Made by a program: the position numbers and the translations under genes
The notes under the pieces: generated by a model
Told to the model about the DNA's origin: nothing
The model's input: only the letters and a program-made list of their open reading frames with translations
The model's database searches: none
Assembly (NCBI GenBank): GCA_026395595.1
Contig: JAPLYL010000008.1
Span: forward strand, 1-54,416
Direction of reading: 5' to 3'
Length of the DNA stretch: 54,416 nucleotides
Origin: Candidatus Parcubacteria bacterium
Lineage (GTDB): Bacteria; Patescibacteriota; Minisyncoccia; Phycocordibacterales; CAIJYI01
Shown here: positions 40,552-49,277 of the stretch, one piece after another
How the letters are laid out: each line of letters starts with the position of its first letter
Position numbering within the stretch: the first letter of the stretch is position 1

Positions 40552-41973
40552 ATGATTACCAGAGTCTACAATAAACAAGTCCTTATTTCCATTGCGGGCG
40601 TTCCGATAAAAGCCCTGGAAAAGCATGTGGCAAAATATCTTGCTGATATTTTACAGCCAAATGAACATATTCTCCGCCATTCCATCAACAACATCAAAGA
40701 CGGCGTGGCCACCGTTGAGATGGCTATTGCGGAAGCGAATCGCCCTCTTTCAGCAGAAAAGTATCCAGGATATGAAAATCCGAAGGGAAATAAAAAGGTT
40801 GTCGTTCACATCGTCCCGACCGGGGTTCAGGCTTCAATCGGCGGGTTCATTGCAGACGCAAGTCCGGCAACAAACTTGCTGGCATCGGTTGCCGACTACT
40901 GTATTACCAACCCCAACGCGGTAAATGCGGCGGTGACGACGTACATGTCGCCCAACGTCGTTTACACGGAAGGACACACTCTTGATAATTTTTTCCAAAA
41001 CCGCGTGGCTCTTATTCCGTTCCATAAAAAACTGAACCGAATCGGGCTTATCCTTGATCACGGAGAGGATAGCGAAGAGATCAAAAAAATCCATCGATTC
41101 TGTTTTCAAACGGCGGAAATGTGCCGGCTGGCTGGCGGAATCAATATCTCGGACTATGAGATTACCGATGAGCATGTTGGAAGCCGATCATTTCAAACCG
41201 ATTCAGGAGCCATTACCGGAGAAATAGGAAGGCCATTGACGCTTATAAGAGCCATGGAACGATTGCTTAAAAATCGTGCGCACGAAATAGACGCGTTCGT
41301 CGTCGGCACGCAGATAGAAATTCCTCAAGGAGCGCTTGACCTCTATCATGCGGGAAAAGCGCCCGATCCGCACGGAGGATTGGAAGCGGTCATTTCTCAC
41401 ATGCTCTCTTGGAGATCGGGAAAAATGGTCGCCCATGGCCCTCTGCTCTATGCAAAAGAAATTGACGATCTTCTTGATAGAAAAAATTACGATGCCCGTG
41501 CTACCGGCGAAATTATCGGAAGCATCGGATATCTCGGATGCGTTATGCAAGGGCTTTCCCGCGCGCCGAAGATTCACTTCTTGAACGTCAACGCCAAAGA
41601 AAGACTTTCACCCGATTGGCTTCGTCTCGCAGATGTCGCCGTAATCGTTGCTCCGTGGAATTCTCTCGGGGGTCTGCCCATGCTCGTCGCAGCAGAAAGA
41701 GGCATACCGATTATAGCCGTCAAAGACAATCACACCCTTCTGAATGTCTCCAAAGAGACATTGGGTTTCGGAGACTCCGTCATAGAAGTGGATACCTATC
41801 TGGAAGCGGCCGCTCTCGCAAAACGAATTGTTGAAGGAGGTACGCCATATCTCTCAGAAAGAGAACATTCTAAACTTCTTTCCGAAGGATTCAAGATAGC
41901 CGAAGATACCGGCATGACAATAGAGTCGCTGGTTCGTCCGGTCGTTCCTTTTGAAATCTTCGCAAAAAGTTAA
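40552..41973 (+). CDS. Conserved hypothetical protein (DUF3326-like core with ~80-aa N-terminal extension)
   Basis: GGAGG SD. TTGACT-17-TATTGT promoter. The VHIVPTGVQASIGGFIADASPATNLLA motif recalls the PTGIGAxIGGxAGDA signature I associate with DUF3326 (from memory, unverified). Confidence 0.65.
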   Translation: MITRVYNKQVLISIAGVPIKALEKHVAKYLADILQPNEHILRHSINNIKDGVATVEMAIAEANRPLSAEKYPGYENPKGNKKVVVHIVPTGVQASIGGFIADASPATNLLASVADYCITNPNAVNAAVTTYMSPNVVYTEGHTLDNFFQNRVALIPFHKKLNRIGLILDHGEDSEEIKKIHRFCFQTAEMCRLAGGINISDYEITDEHVGSRSFQTDSGAITGEIGRPLTLIRAMERLLKNRAHEIDAFVVGTQIEIPQGALDLYHAGKAPDPHGGLEAVISHMLSWRSGKMVAHGPLLYAKEIDDLLDRKNYDARATGEIIGSIGYLGCVMQGLSRAPKIHFLNVNAKERLSPDWLRLADVAVIVAPWNSLGGLPMLVAAERGIPIIAVKDNHTLLNVSKETLGFGDSVIEVDTYLEAAALAKRIVEGGTPYLSEREHSKLLSEGFKIAEDTGMTIESLVRPVVPFEIFAKS

Positions 41974-41985
41974 AAAACTTTAACT

Positions 41986-42024
41986 AAAAATCCCGTACAG
42001 GTAATGCTGTACGGGATATTTTTT
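41986..42024. terminator. Bidirectional terminator between the DUF3326-like gene and the hydrogenase large subunit
   Basis: ATCCCGTACAG-GTAATG-CTGTACGGGAT with A- and T-runs. Confidence 0.85.
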
Positions 42025-43315
42025 AGATCCAATTTACTTTTAAAAAGTGAGCGCCGCAAGACATACAGGGATCGTAGGCTCGTATCAGTTTTTCTATTTC
42101 CATCGGAATTTTATCTTCCGGCATTCCTTCCACAAGGAGTTTTTCTACCAGCCTGCCGATATCTTCTTCTATATTGACCTGATTCTGTCCGGTTGGGACA
42201 ATAACTTCCCCTTCTTTGATAATACCGTCCGCTCCGAGAACAACTTTATGATAGAGCGTTCCGCGGGGCGCTTCTACTACACCAATCCCAACAGCATCGC
42301 GATTCGGTTTTTTAATAAGTGGCTCGGGAACAAAAGTATTATTTTTAAGGAGATCAATGGACTCATCCACCGAGTGCAGAATTTCTATCGCCTGAGCAAG
42401 GTTGTTGTGAAAGATATCAGTAGAAGGAAAAAGAGCGAGTGTGTCTTTCAGCGATTCTTTTGTTTTTGGGTGAAGGTTTTCTTTGGCGATGTTGATACGA
42501 GCGAGCGCTCCCACGAGGTAACTTTCTCCTTTGTATTTATACGCACTGGCTTGCGATAACGGCATGACCGTGTGTTCAAGAAGATTGCGATATTCTTTCT
42601 CGTCAAACATTTCGCCTCGGCTTGTCCGTATTTTTCCATTGATATATCCAAAACCTTCATCGGCGATGAGCGCCATATAATGCGTTTTTCGGTCAAAATG
42701 ATTAGGAGCATCTTGAAAAACTTTTATGAGACGGAGGACGGCTTCCCTGACCGATTCGAGTTTTTTCACCGCTTCGTCTACACCCTCTTTGGAAGGAAAA
42801 TGCAGGAAACCGCCGATGACCGGATACATGCCGTGAACAGAACGACCGGCAACAAGCGTCGCCAGATAATTTCCCGCCGCCTTTATATCAAACCCATCAT
42901 GAAGCATTTGATGCTGGGTTTCGTCTGTTTCATCAAAATCCAAGAAGGCATCTTTGCCGAACAGATCGGGCATAGAAAAAAGATAGAGATGAAGCGCGTG
43001 GTCGCGTATGATAAGTCCATGCATGGTGAGAGCGCGGAGAATCTCTGTTTGTTTCGTCGGCTGGATATCCAAAGCATTTTCGCACGCTTCAATCGCTGCC
43101 ATAATATGAGCGTTGGAACAGGTTCCACAGATACGCGCGAGGTGCGCAGGAATTGACATGACGGGTTTTCCTTTCATCGCCTCGGTGAAAAAGCGTTTGT
43201 ATTCGGTAATACCAAAATGAACATCCGTAACTTTCCCGTCTTCCGCGTGGATAGAAACCGCGGCATCGCCTTCTATTTTGGTGATATGTTCCATTGAGAG
43301 GTCTACTTTATGCAT
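42023..43315 (-). CDS. NiFe hydrogenase large subunit, group-3-type
   Basis: N-terminal RICGTCSNAH (RxCGxCxxxH) and C-terminal DPCMSCGAH (DPCxxCxxH), followed by the 7-aa extension FLKVNWI. 430 aa. Confidence 0.95.
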   Translation of the reverse strand: MHKVDLSMEHITKIEGDAAVSIHAEDGKVTDVHFGITEYKRFFTEAMKGKPVMSIPAHLARICGTCSNAHIMAAIEACENALDIQPTKQTEILRALTMHGLIIRDHALHLYLFSMPDLFGKDAFLDFDETDETQHQMLHDGFDIKAAGNYLATLVAGRSVHGMYPVIGGFLHFPSKEGVDEAVKKLESVREAVLRLIKVFQDAPNHFDRKTHYMALIADEGFGYINGKIRTSRGEMFDEKEYRNLLEHTVMPLSQASAYKYKGESYLVGALARINIAKENLHPKTKESLKDTLALFPSTDIFHNNLAQAIEILHSVDESIDLLKNNTFVPEPLIKKPNRDAVGIGVVEAPRGTLYHKVVLGADGIIKEGEVIVPTGQNQVNIEEDIGRLVEKLLVEGMPEDKIPMEIEKLIRAYDPCMSCGAHFLKVNWI

Positions 43316-43333
43316 AATTTCTGGTGTTATCTG

Positions 43334-45361
43334 TTAATTTTTTATATTTTTAATCGCATCCTTTGCTGCTTTTATATTTTCGGCATCTTCTTCTTCATCC
43401 GCTCTCGCCAAAAAATCTTGATACACCTGAACTGCTTCAATATTGCGTTCTTCTTTTTTTAGCAGCTCTGCCAAAGAAAAATACGGATTTGAAAAACGGT
43501 CATTCAAAGAAATCGCTTCAAGAAATTCCTGTTCTGCTTTCTCGTCATAATCGCCTAACATCACGAGAGTTTTTCCAAGACCATAATGAGCCCGCTCATT
43601 ATGAGGGTTCAATGATATTTCTTTCTCAAAAGTTTCCTTCGCTTCCGAAAAATTACCGAGATTGTACAAAGATTGCCCGATGCCATTGTAGGCCAAATGA
43701 TATTCTGGATCCAAAGCAAGCGCCTTTTTGTATTCCGCTATCGCTTCTTCGTTTCGCCCCTGTTTCATGAGAGAGTATCCGAAATTGTTATAAAGATTAG
43801 GATGATCAGGAGAAAGAGTAAGCGCTTCACGAGAGGCATCAACCGCTTCCTCATACTTCCCCATCTTTATAAGAGCATCAGCCGTATTTCCGAGGAGTTG
43901 TATTTGCTGCCCTTCTTTCGGAGGAAAAAGCGTAATATATTTTCTTTCTCTCTCTACAAAAAACGGCATTTTTTCTTCATAGATATTTCCTTTCACTTCA
44001 AAGGTAAAACCTTGAACTGAAGGATTTTTTGAAAAAGCGACAATATCAGAAACGGTAATAGGGTTGCCGTTTTTCAATACCCCCGATAAAAAACTATCAT
44101 GGAGCTCTTCATTCAGATGAGGAGCCAACATGTCTTGCCAGACAACCCGGTCGTCGGAAGTGACAAAAAAGAGAAAAGAATGTTCAGGAACCGATCCGAC
44201 CAAATAGTTAATACCAATTTCCGAAAGGAGGGCTCCTCCGATAATGGAAGCTCCGACACAATTAATGTATTTGGTAAGGATAATCTCCGCTGGATTATTT
44301 GAGTTTCCGCGATAACGAAAAGAGCTCACCGCTTGTTGTATTTTTGAAGATAATTCCGTTTCTTTTCTTCCTATAAAAAGAAGATCTCCGCTTTTGCGGA
44401 CTTCCTCCATTTCTTTTTTAAGCTCTGAAAGATGCAAAGATTCAACCAATTTTCTGTTCTGCTCAGAAAAAGAAGACGCGGCGCCTCCGCCAAAAAGGTT
44501 TTTTATAAACAATTCCACGGAACCAATTATTTCCTTTTTTGCCGGTTGTTCCAAGTTTTTCAAAAGATTTTCAACACCGCGTCTGAACATCGCTCCGTCC
44601 AATTCCCACTTCGGTTTTTCCACTTCATTTTGAATGGACTGGTCAATCTTTTGCAAAAATGCGGAGTGAACGGGGGTGGTACTTTCCCACGGTTTCGCTT
44701 TTTCCTTCGGTTCTGACAAACTGCGATTTTGAAGAGCAAATGCTTTTTGAGCAACGCGGAAAAACTGAGAGAGTGCTTCCCTTCTTTTTTCTTCCTTCTC
44801 TTTTTTGTCTTCAATTTTTTCCAAACGAGAAAGAACAATATCTTCACTCAGAATCCACTTATCAACTTCTGCCGTTTCTTCTTCTGTGAGCTCTTTTTTT
44901 ACAGGCATTTCTTCGGGAGAAAGAAGTTTTCCGTAGGAGTAAAATTCTTCCGCCATGGCTTCCGCAATTTCTTTTCCTTCTTTTAAGGAAGAGTTCCTTT
45001 CTGAAAGATAAGAAGCGGTATTCATAAACATTTTTCCGAGCGCTTCCATTTCCTCTTTCTTTTCTCTCGCTCGTTCGGGTTTTTCAATAAACGTATCGCG
45101 GTCGATTTCTTCCATAATGCCCGCCATTTCCCATAAATGGAGATCTTGAGGAAGAAAAAGTATCATCTTTCCATTCTCTTTTTTTTGAAAAAAACCGGTC
45201 TTTTTCTTTTCTTCCCATTCTTTTCTTTCAAGAAATTCTATTTCCGTACCGTCATTGATCTCCGCCCATTTTTTGAGAAAAGACTGCGAAGACAGAGTAC
45301 CGAAAGAAATTTTCTCTGTTTTTTCTTTTATACTGAATGTTTTTTGTTCGGAAGGATTCAT
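43334..45361 (-). CDS. Transglutaminase-like (Cys-His-Asp) / TPR-repeat protein with long E/K-rich N-terminal region
   Basis: INCVGASIIGGALL...PEHSFLFF...VVWQD is a papain/transglutaminase-like C-H-D arrangement. At least 4 TPRs follow (for example AIAEYKKALALDPEYHLAYNGIGQSL). Gaps of 11 nt and 18 nt to the flanking hydrogenase genes. Confidence 0.75.
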   Translation of the reverse strand: MNPSEQKTFSIKEKTEKISFGTLSSQSFLKKWAEINDGTEIEFLERKEWEEKKKTGFFQKKENGKMILFLPQDLHLWEMAGIMEEIDRDTFIEKPERAREKKEEMEALGKMFMNTASYLSERNSSLKEGKEIAEAMAEEFYSYGKLLSPEEMPVKKELTEEETAEVDKWILSEDIVLSRLEKIEDKKEKEEKRREALSQFFRVAQKAFALQNRSLSEPKEKAKPWESTTPVHSAFLQKIDQSIQNEVEKPKWELDGAMFRRGVENLLKNLEQPAKKEIIGSVELFIKNLFGGGAASSFSEQNRKLVESLHLSELKKEMEEVRKSGDLLFIGRKETELSSKIQQAVSSFRYRGNSNNPAEIILTKYINCVGASIIGGALLSEIGINYLVGSVPEHSFLFFVTSDDRVVWQDMLAPHLNEELHDSFLSGVLKNGNPITVSDIVAFSKNPSVQGFTFEVKGNIYEEKMPFFVERERKYITLFPPKEGQQIQLLGNTADALIKMGKYEEAVDASREALTLSPDHPNLYNNFGYSLMKQGRNEEAIAEYKKALALDPEYHLAYNGIGQSLYNLGNFSEAKETFEKEISLNPHNERAHYGLGKTLVMLGDYDEKAEQEFLEAISLNDRFSNPYFSLAELLKKEERNIEAVQVYQDFLARADEEEDAENIKAAKDAIKNIKN

Positions 45362-45372
45362 AGAATTTATGA

Positions 45373-45861
45373 TTAAATAGCCGGTCGCAATTCTTTTACT
45401 AATGCATCTATCGCTTTTAAGAAAGCATCGGGGTTCATAGGACAGCCGGGCAGTTCCACATCCACTTTTATGACATCGGAGAGTTTAAGCACTTTGGGAA
45501 GCGCGCCGAATCTAGTAACAAGAAAGTCTATCGCTTCTTTCTGTCCTTCAGTAAAAGAGTTTCTCTGTCCGGCAGGGAGTCCGACACAAGCGCACGACCC
45601 AACAGCAACGACCTTTTTTGCCTTGCTCCTAATCTCTTTCACTTTCTCCTCCTGTTCAGGAGAAGCAACTGCTCCTTCAATAAAAGCAACATCAAATTCA
45701 TCCATGAGATTATTTGATTTAAGAACTCTTGCATGACGAAAATCAAAAATCTTTTTCCATTCTTCCCAATGGTCATTCATGATTTCCGTCATAACAATAG
45801 TACTATCCTCACAACAAGAGAAAGAGAACCACCCCAGCTTAATTTTTTCTTGATTTTCCAT
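45373..45861 (-). CDS. NiFe hydrogenase small subunit, minimal (proximal-cluster only)
   Basis: The SFSCCEDS, AVGSCACVG and LPGCPMNP Cys motifs, and DVAFIEGAV. Only 162 aa, with no additional Cys clusters. Confidence 0.85.
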   Translation of the reverse strand: MENQEKIKLGWFSFSCCEDSTIVMTEIMNDHWEEWKKIFDFRHARVLKSNNLMDEFDVAFIEGAVASPEQEEKVKEIRSKAKKVVAVGSCACVGLPAGQRNSFTEGQKEAIDFLVTRFGALPKVLKLSDVIKVDVELPGCPMNPDAFLKAIDALVKELRPAI

Positions 45862-45890
45862 GGTATTTTTTACAATTTGGTAACAGAGCT

Positions 45891-45920
45891 ATTATATCAA
45901 AAACTTGTCTTTTGGGACAA
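45891..45920 (-). promoter_or_regulatory. Promoter TTGTCC-18-TATAAT for the hydrogenase operon
   Basis: Lies 29 nt upstream of ATG 45861 and directly after terminator 45938-45968. Confidence 0.5.
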
Positions 45921-45937
45921 TTTTAAAGGATACATCA

Positions 45938-45968
45938 CAAAAACCGTCCCGGAAAAATCCGGGACGGT
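45938..45968 (-). terminator. Terminator upstream of the hydrogenase promoter
   Basis: ACCGTCCCGG-AAAAAT-CCGGGACGGT, with a T-run on the minus strand. Confidence 0.8.
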
Positions 45969-45993
45969 TGCTACCGAAACAGGTATTATGTTC

Positions 45994-46269
45994 TTATTGG
46001 AAGAATTTTGGAAATATACCCATCAACTTAAACATACCAAGATAGAAAAGAACGATAAAAACAAAGGCTCCAGATTCACCCCCACCAATTACAACGATAC
46101 CTAAAATAAAAGCGAGGCAAACGATACCGAAACCGAAAGAACCTTGATCATTTATCTTGTCTTGTTTGTTTTGTCTTGGTCGTTTTGTTTTGGTTGTTTT
46201 GTTTTGGTCGTTTTGTTTTGGGGTAGCGTTTACAAAATTTACTTTTTTTATTTTTTTTAAAGTGTTCAT
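45994..46269 (-). CDS. Small membrane protein with repetitive basic N-terminus
   Basis: GGAG SD. Two C-terminal TM segments. The N-terminal region is encoded by a 3 x 14-nt tandem repeat. Confidence 0.5.
   Translation of the reverse strand: MNTLKKIKKVNFVNATPKQNDQNKTTKTKRPRQNKQDKINDQGSFGFGIVCLAFILGIVVIGGGESGAFVFIVLFYLGMFKLMGIFPKFFQ
46178..46219. repeat. 3 x 14-nt tandem repeat
   Basis: GGTCGTTTTGTTTT / GGTTGTTTTGTTTT / GGTCGTTTTGTTTT, within the 5' part of CDS 45994-46269. Confidence 0.9.
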
Positions 46270-46688
46270 GGTGTTTCTCCATTTTCTGTTTGTTTACATG
46301 AAAAGTCAAAACCTAATCTTTTTCCAGCATACCAGATTATAATATGTTTGTCAAGCATTTGAATGGACGCTTCTCACACCCCGAAAAATACGGCCATTTA
46401 CATGGGTAATTTAACATGTTTCTAATAAATACTTTTAAAAAAGGAAAAGGGGTCAGATATCCCCACCAAAGATACCAGATTGACGAATGTGGTCGTTATG
46501 ATATTTGCAGTCCTGTTAGAAGACGACAGACTTTAATAAAGAATTGACGAGTATAGTGTGAGGTAGAGCTTTCTTATCAAGTCATATGGCGCATCATCAT
46601 GTTTTTGTTACTCTACAAAACAGCCAAGCCTGTGCGAGTCACATGGGATCGAATCAGTAAATTTATCTTCCGGGTTTTAATTATTTGA

Positions 46689-49016
46689 TTAGGAGAACCA
46701 CCTCTTAATAATCTTATCAAAAGCAATCTCAACGCTTCTTTGGTGCCCGCGAACAATCATAACGGAGGCATCAACATGTTTAGCAAGGAGCTCCGGAATT
46801 TTTCCGAGACGTATCTGATTCAAAATATGAGGAGAAGAAGCATTAATAATGACAAGTTTTCCTTCTTTTTGAAAATTCGCTTCTTTAACGATTGCGGAAA
46901 TAACGGATTTTACGGAAAGAATCTTCACCTCCTCAAAGTCTGTTTCTTTGAACGAGACCGCGGATAATAATTTTTTAGTGGTTTCAGTGCCGGGGCCTTT
47001 GTGATCAAGAGGGACGACGGAAATAAGTTTCATTTTTGGGTGAAAATGGGACTGTATTGCCGAAAGCACTTCTCCTGTCAGAGGAAGATATGGGTTATCG
47101 CAACGATATTCTTCTGCGAGGAGTACTGATTTTATCGGTTGCGGGTTTTTAACGAGCAAAAGATCTATTTTTGTTTCTTGAAGAATTCGGTCGATTTTCC
47201 CCCCGAAGACATACCCTTTTGTGGTTGTATACCCGTCCCATGCAACCAAAAGCATATCACAGTCCTCTATTTTTATAACTTCAATCAAGGTATCAACCGT
47301 ATCGCGTCCGACCATTGCCAGACTATGGAGGTTGATATCTTTCTCTTCAACTTTCTCACGGTTGAATTCCTGCACCCACTGTTTCAAATTTTCAAAAATA
47401 TGCTGGTCATGGATCATAGTTGATCCGTCAAGAAGGGTCAGCTGTTGAGGAATAACATGAACTTTTACCGCCAGAATTTCTCCACCGTATTTGCTGGCAA
47501 GAGCAAAAGCTATTTCAGAAAGATTTCGCAACTCCTCAATCGTCATTTTTGACGGAATCGGCATTAAAATCCGATGATTGACTTTAGGGATGACGCGCAT
47601 GGTTTGTTCATAAACGACATCTCTCTCAAAGCTCTCTCTCCCTTGGTTTTGAGCATAACTGTAATAATTAATTAATCCCACGAGAGACCAAAAGACAGTA
47701 ACGATCCAAGCCACCGGATTGACGTTAAGCATCGTAAACGCCAAAAGGATGTAAATAAGAGTCGCAAGGATTGGAGTGAATGGGAAGAAAGGCACCTTGT
47801 AATACCATTTAGTATGAGGATATTTAAAGTGTATGAGAATTCCCGCGATATTCAACTGCAAAAAAAGAAGAACAAAAAGAAGGGACGCAGCAGAAGCAAC
47901 ATCAAAGAGAGGGAGAAAGATAATCATAAACCCAACCAAAACCACAGAAACAATAACAGCAAAATGAGGGGTGAGATTTTTAGTATGGATCTGAGCGAAT
48001 CGCGACCAGATATTTTTGTCGCGAGCAAGAGCGAAAGCGACATGACTGGAAGAAAAGATGGTCGTATTCAAAGCGCCGAGATTTGCAAGAAGACCCCCAA
48101 ACAAAAGAGTCATCATTCCAAAAGGCATAAAAGTTCTGGCTGACTCAACAATCGCGCCTTCTTTAAAAGAACTGAGGACTTGCCACACCGATCCGGCTTG
48201 AGAAGAAGTAGCTCCGATAATAACAACGCTCACCATGGCATAAATAAGAGAAACAATCGCCCAAGAAGAGAATAGTCCTATCTTGATATCGTGCGAAGGA
48301 TTTTTGGTTTCCTCTCCCGCTTGCACTTGAATCTCTGACCCCTCAAAAGCGATATACAAAAAGCTGGTCGCCGCAAGAATACCCAGCCATCCTTTCGGCA
48401 AAAACGGCTGGAAATTCTCAAGAGGAATCGGCATTCCTACCATCTGTTTAATGCCAAAATACAGATAAAAACCAAGGATAACCAAAAGGATTGCGGTGAT
48501 ATAATTCCCCGCTTGTCCGGTCGTTTTCGCCCCGCGCCAATTTATATAACCAAAAAGAATAACCATGGCTAAAGCGCAAACTTTTTCTGTTGAAAGAAAA
48601 CCTGAACCGACAAAGGCGTCAGCTCCGAAAATTCTGAGCAAGGCGGCGGCGTAATAGCCAAAAGAAAGCGCATACACTCCGCAGGCAGCCGCATGAGCAA
48701 ACCACGAAAGCCAGCCGGCAAGAAACCCTTGAAAATTTCCCAGACCTTTCCGAACCCAAAGGTACCCGCCACCGGCTTCGGGAAAAGTAGTGCCAAGCGC
48801 AACGTACATTTGAAGATTAAGAAAGGCAACAGCCGAACCTAAGATCATGGCAAGAAAAAGACCGGGACCGACAAGGCCGATGGCGGGACCAAGGAGCGAA
48901 AATATCCCTCCCCCAATAAGAGACCCTATACCGATAAAGATAATGGAAAATGGGCCAAGTGTCCGAGCCATTTTAACTTCGTAGCCATGATCTTCTGCTT
49001 GTCGAATTGTTTTCAT
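46689..49016 (-). CDS. APC-family amino acid permease fused to two C-terminal universal stress protein (USP) domains
   Basis: About 12 TM segments in the N-terminal 460 aa with an APC-like pattern. The C-terminal 300 aa form two alpha/beta USP-like repeats (ILMPI..., LLVAWDG..., LVIINAS..VMIV). Confidence 0.85.
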   Translation of the reverse strand: MKTIRQAEDHGYEVKMARTLGPFSIIFIGIGSLIGGGIFSLLGPAIGLVGPGLFLAMILGSAVAFLNLQMYVALGTTFPEAGGGYLWVRKGLGNFQGFLAGWLSWFAHAAACGVYALSFGYYAAALLRIFGADAFVGSGFLSTEKVCALAMVILFGYINWRGAKTTGQAGNYITAILLVILGFYLYFGIKQMVGMPIPLENFQPFLPKGWLGILAATSFLYIAFEGSEIQVQAGEETKNPSHDIKIGLFSSWAIVSLIYAMVSVVIIGATSSQAGSVWQVLSSFKEGAIVESARTFMPFGMMTLLFGGLLANLGALNTTIFSSSHVAFALARDKNIWSRFAQIHTKNLTPHFAVIVSVVLVGFMIIFLPLFDVASAASLLFVLLFLQLNIAGILIHFKYPHTKWYYKVPFFPFTPILATLIYILLAFTMLNVNPVAWIVTVFWSLVGLINYYSYAQNQGRESFERDVVYEQTMRVIPKVNHRILMPIPSKMTIEELRNLSEIAFALASKYGGEILAVKVHVIPQQLTLLDGSTMIHDQHIFENLKQWVQEFNREKVEEKDINLHSLAMVGRDTVDTLIEVIKIEDCDMLLVAWDGYTTTKGYVFGGKIDRILQETKIDLLLVKNPQPIKSVLLAEEYRCDNPYLPLTGEVLSAIQSHFHPKMKLISVVPLDHKGPGTETTKKLLSAVSFKETDFEEVKILSVKSVISAIVKEANFQKEGKLVIINASSPHILNQIRLGKIPELLAKHVDASVMIVRGHQRSVEIAFDKIIKRWFS

Positions 49017-49043
49017 GAAAATAAGATAACAAGTTTTAAAAAC

Positions 49044-49076
49044 AAAAGAAAAGAGGCCGCCCTCTTTTCTTTTTTG
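49044..49076 (-). terminator. Terminator
   Basis: AAAAGAAAAGAGG-CCGC-CCTCTTTTCTTTT. Confidence 0.75.
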
Positions 49077-49087
49077 TAAAAAATAAA

Positions 49088-49225
49088 TTAACGCGCTTCG
49101 TTTGTCGTGGCAATCATATTTTGATTCGCTTCAAAATAACGATTTGAAAAAGCTATCCCCATCAACCCTGCGGTAATGATCCCTAAAAAACCGAAAAAGA
49201 ATTTAAAAAATGTTTTGTTGAACAT
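49088..49225 (-). CDS. Possible 45-aa membrane micro-protein
   Basis: ATG..TAA ORF MFNKTFFKFFFGFLGIITAGLMGIAFS..., below the track cut-off. Terminator 49044-49076 lies downstream. Confidence 0.2.
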   Translation of the reverse strand: MFNKTFFKFFFGFLGIITAGLMGIAFSNRYFEANQNMIATTNEAR

Positions 49226-49277
49226 AAAAAGAATACTCACAGTATATCAAAAAAGAAGAGAAAAAGGGAGGGGAAAA

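Noticed and set aside
42047-43156. Two + strand ORFs (170 and 194 aa) opposite the hydrogenase large subunit
   Set aside because: They are antisense to a gene with unambiguous NiFe motifs. They have no start signals and a biased F/R/K composition.
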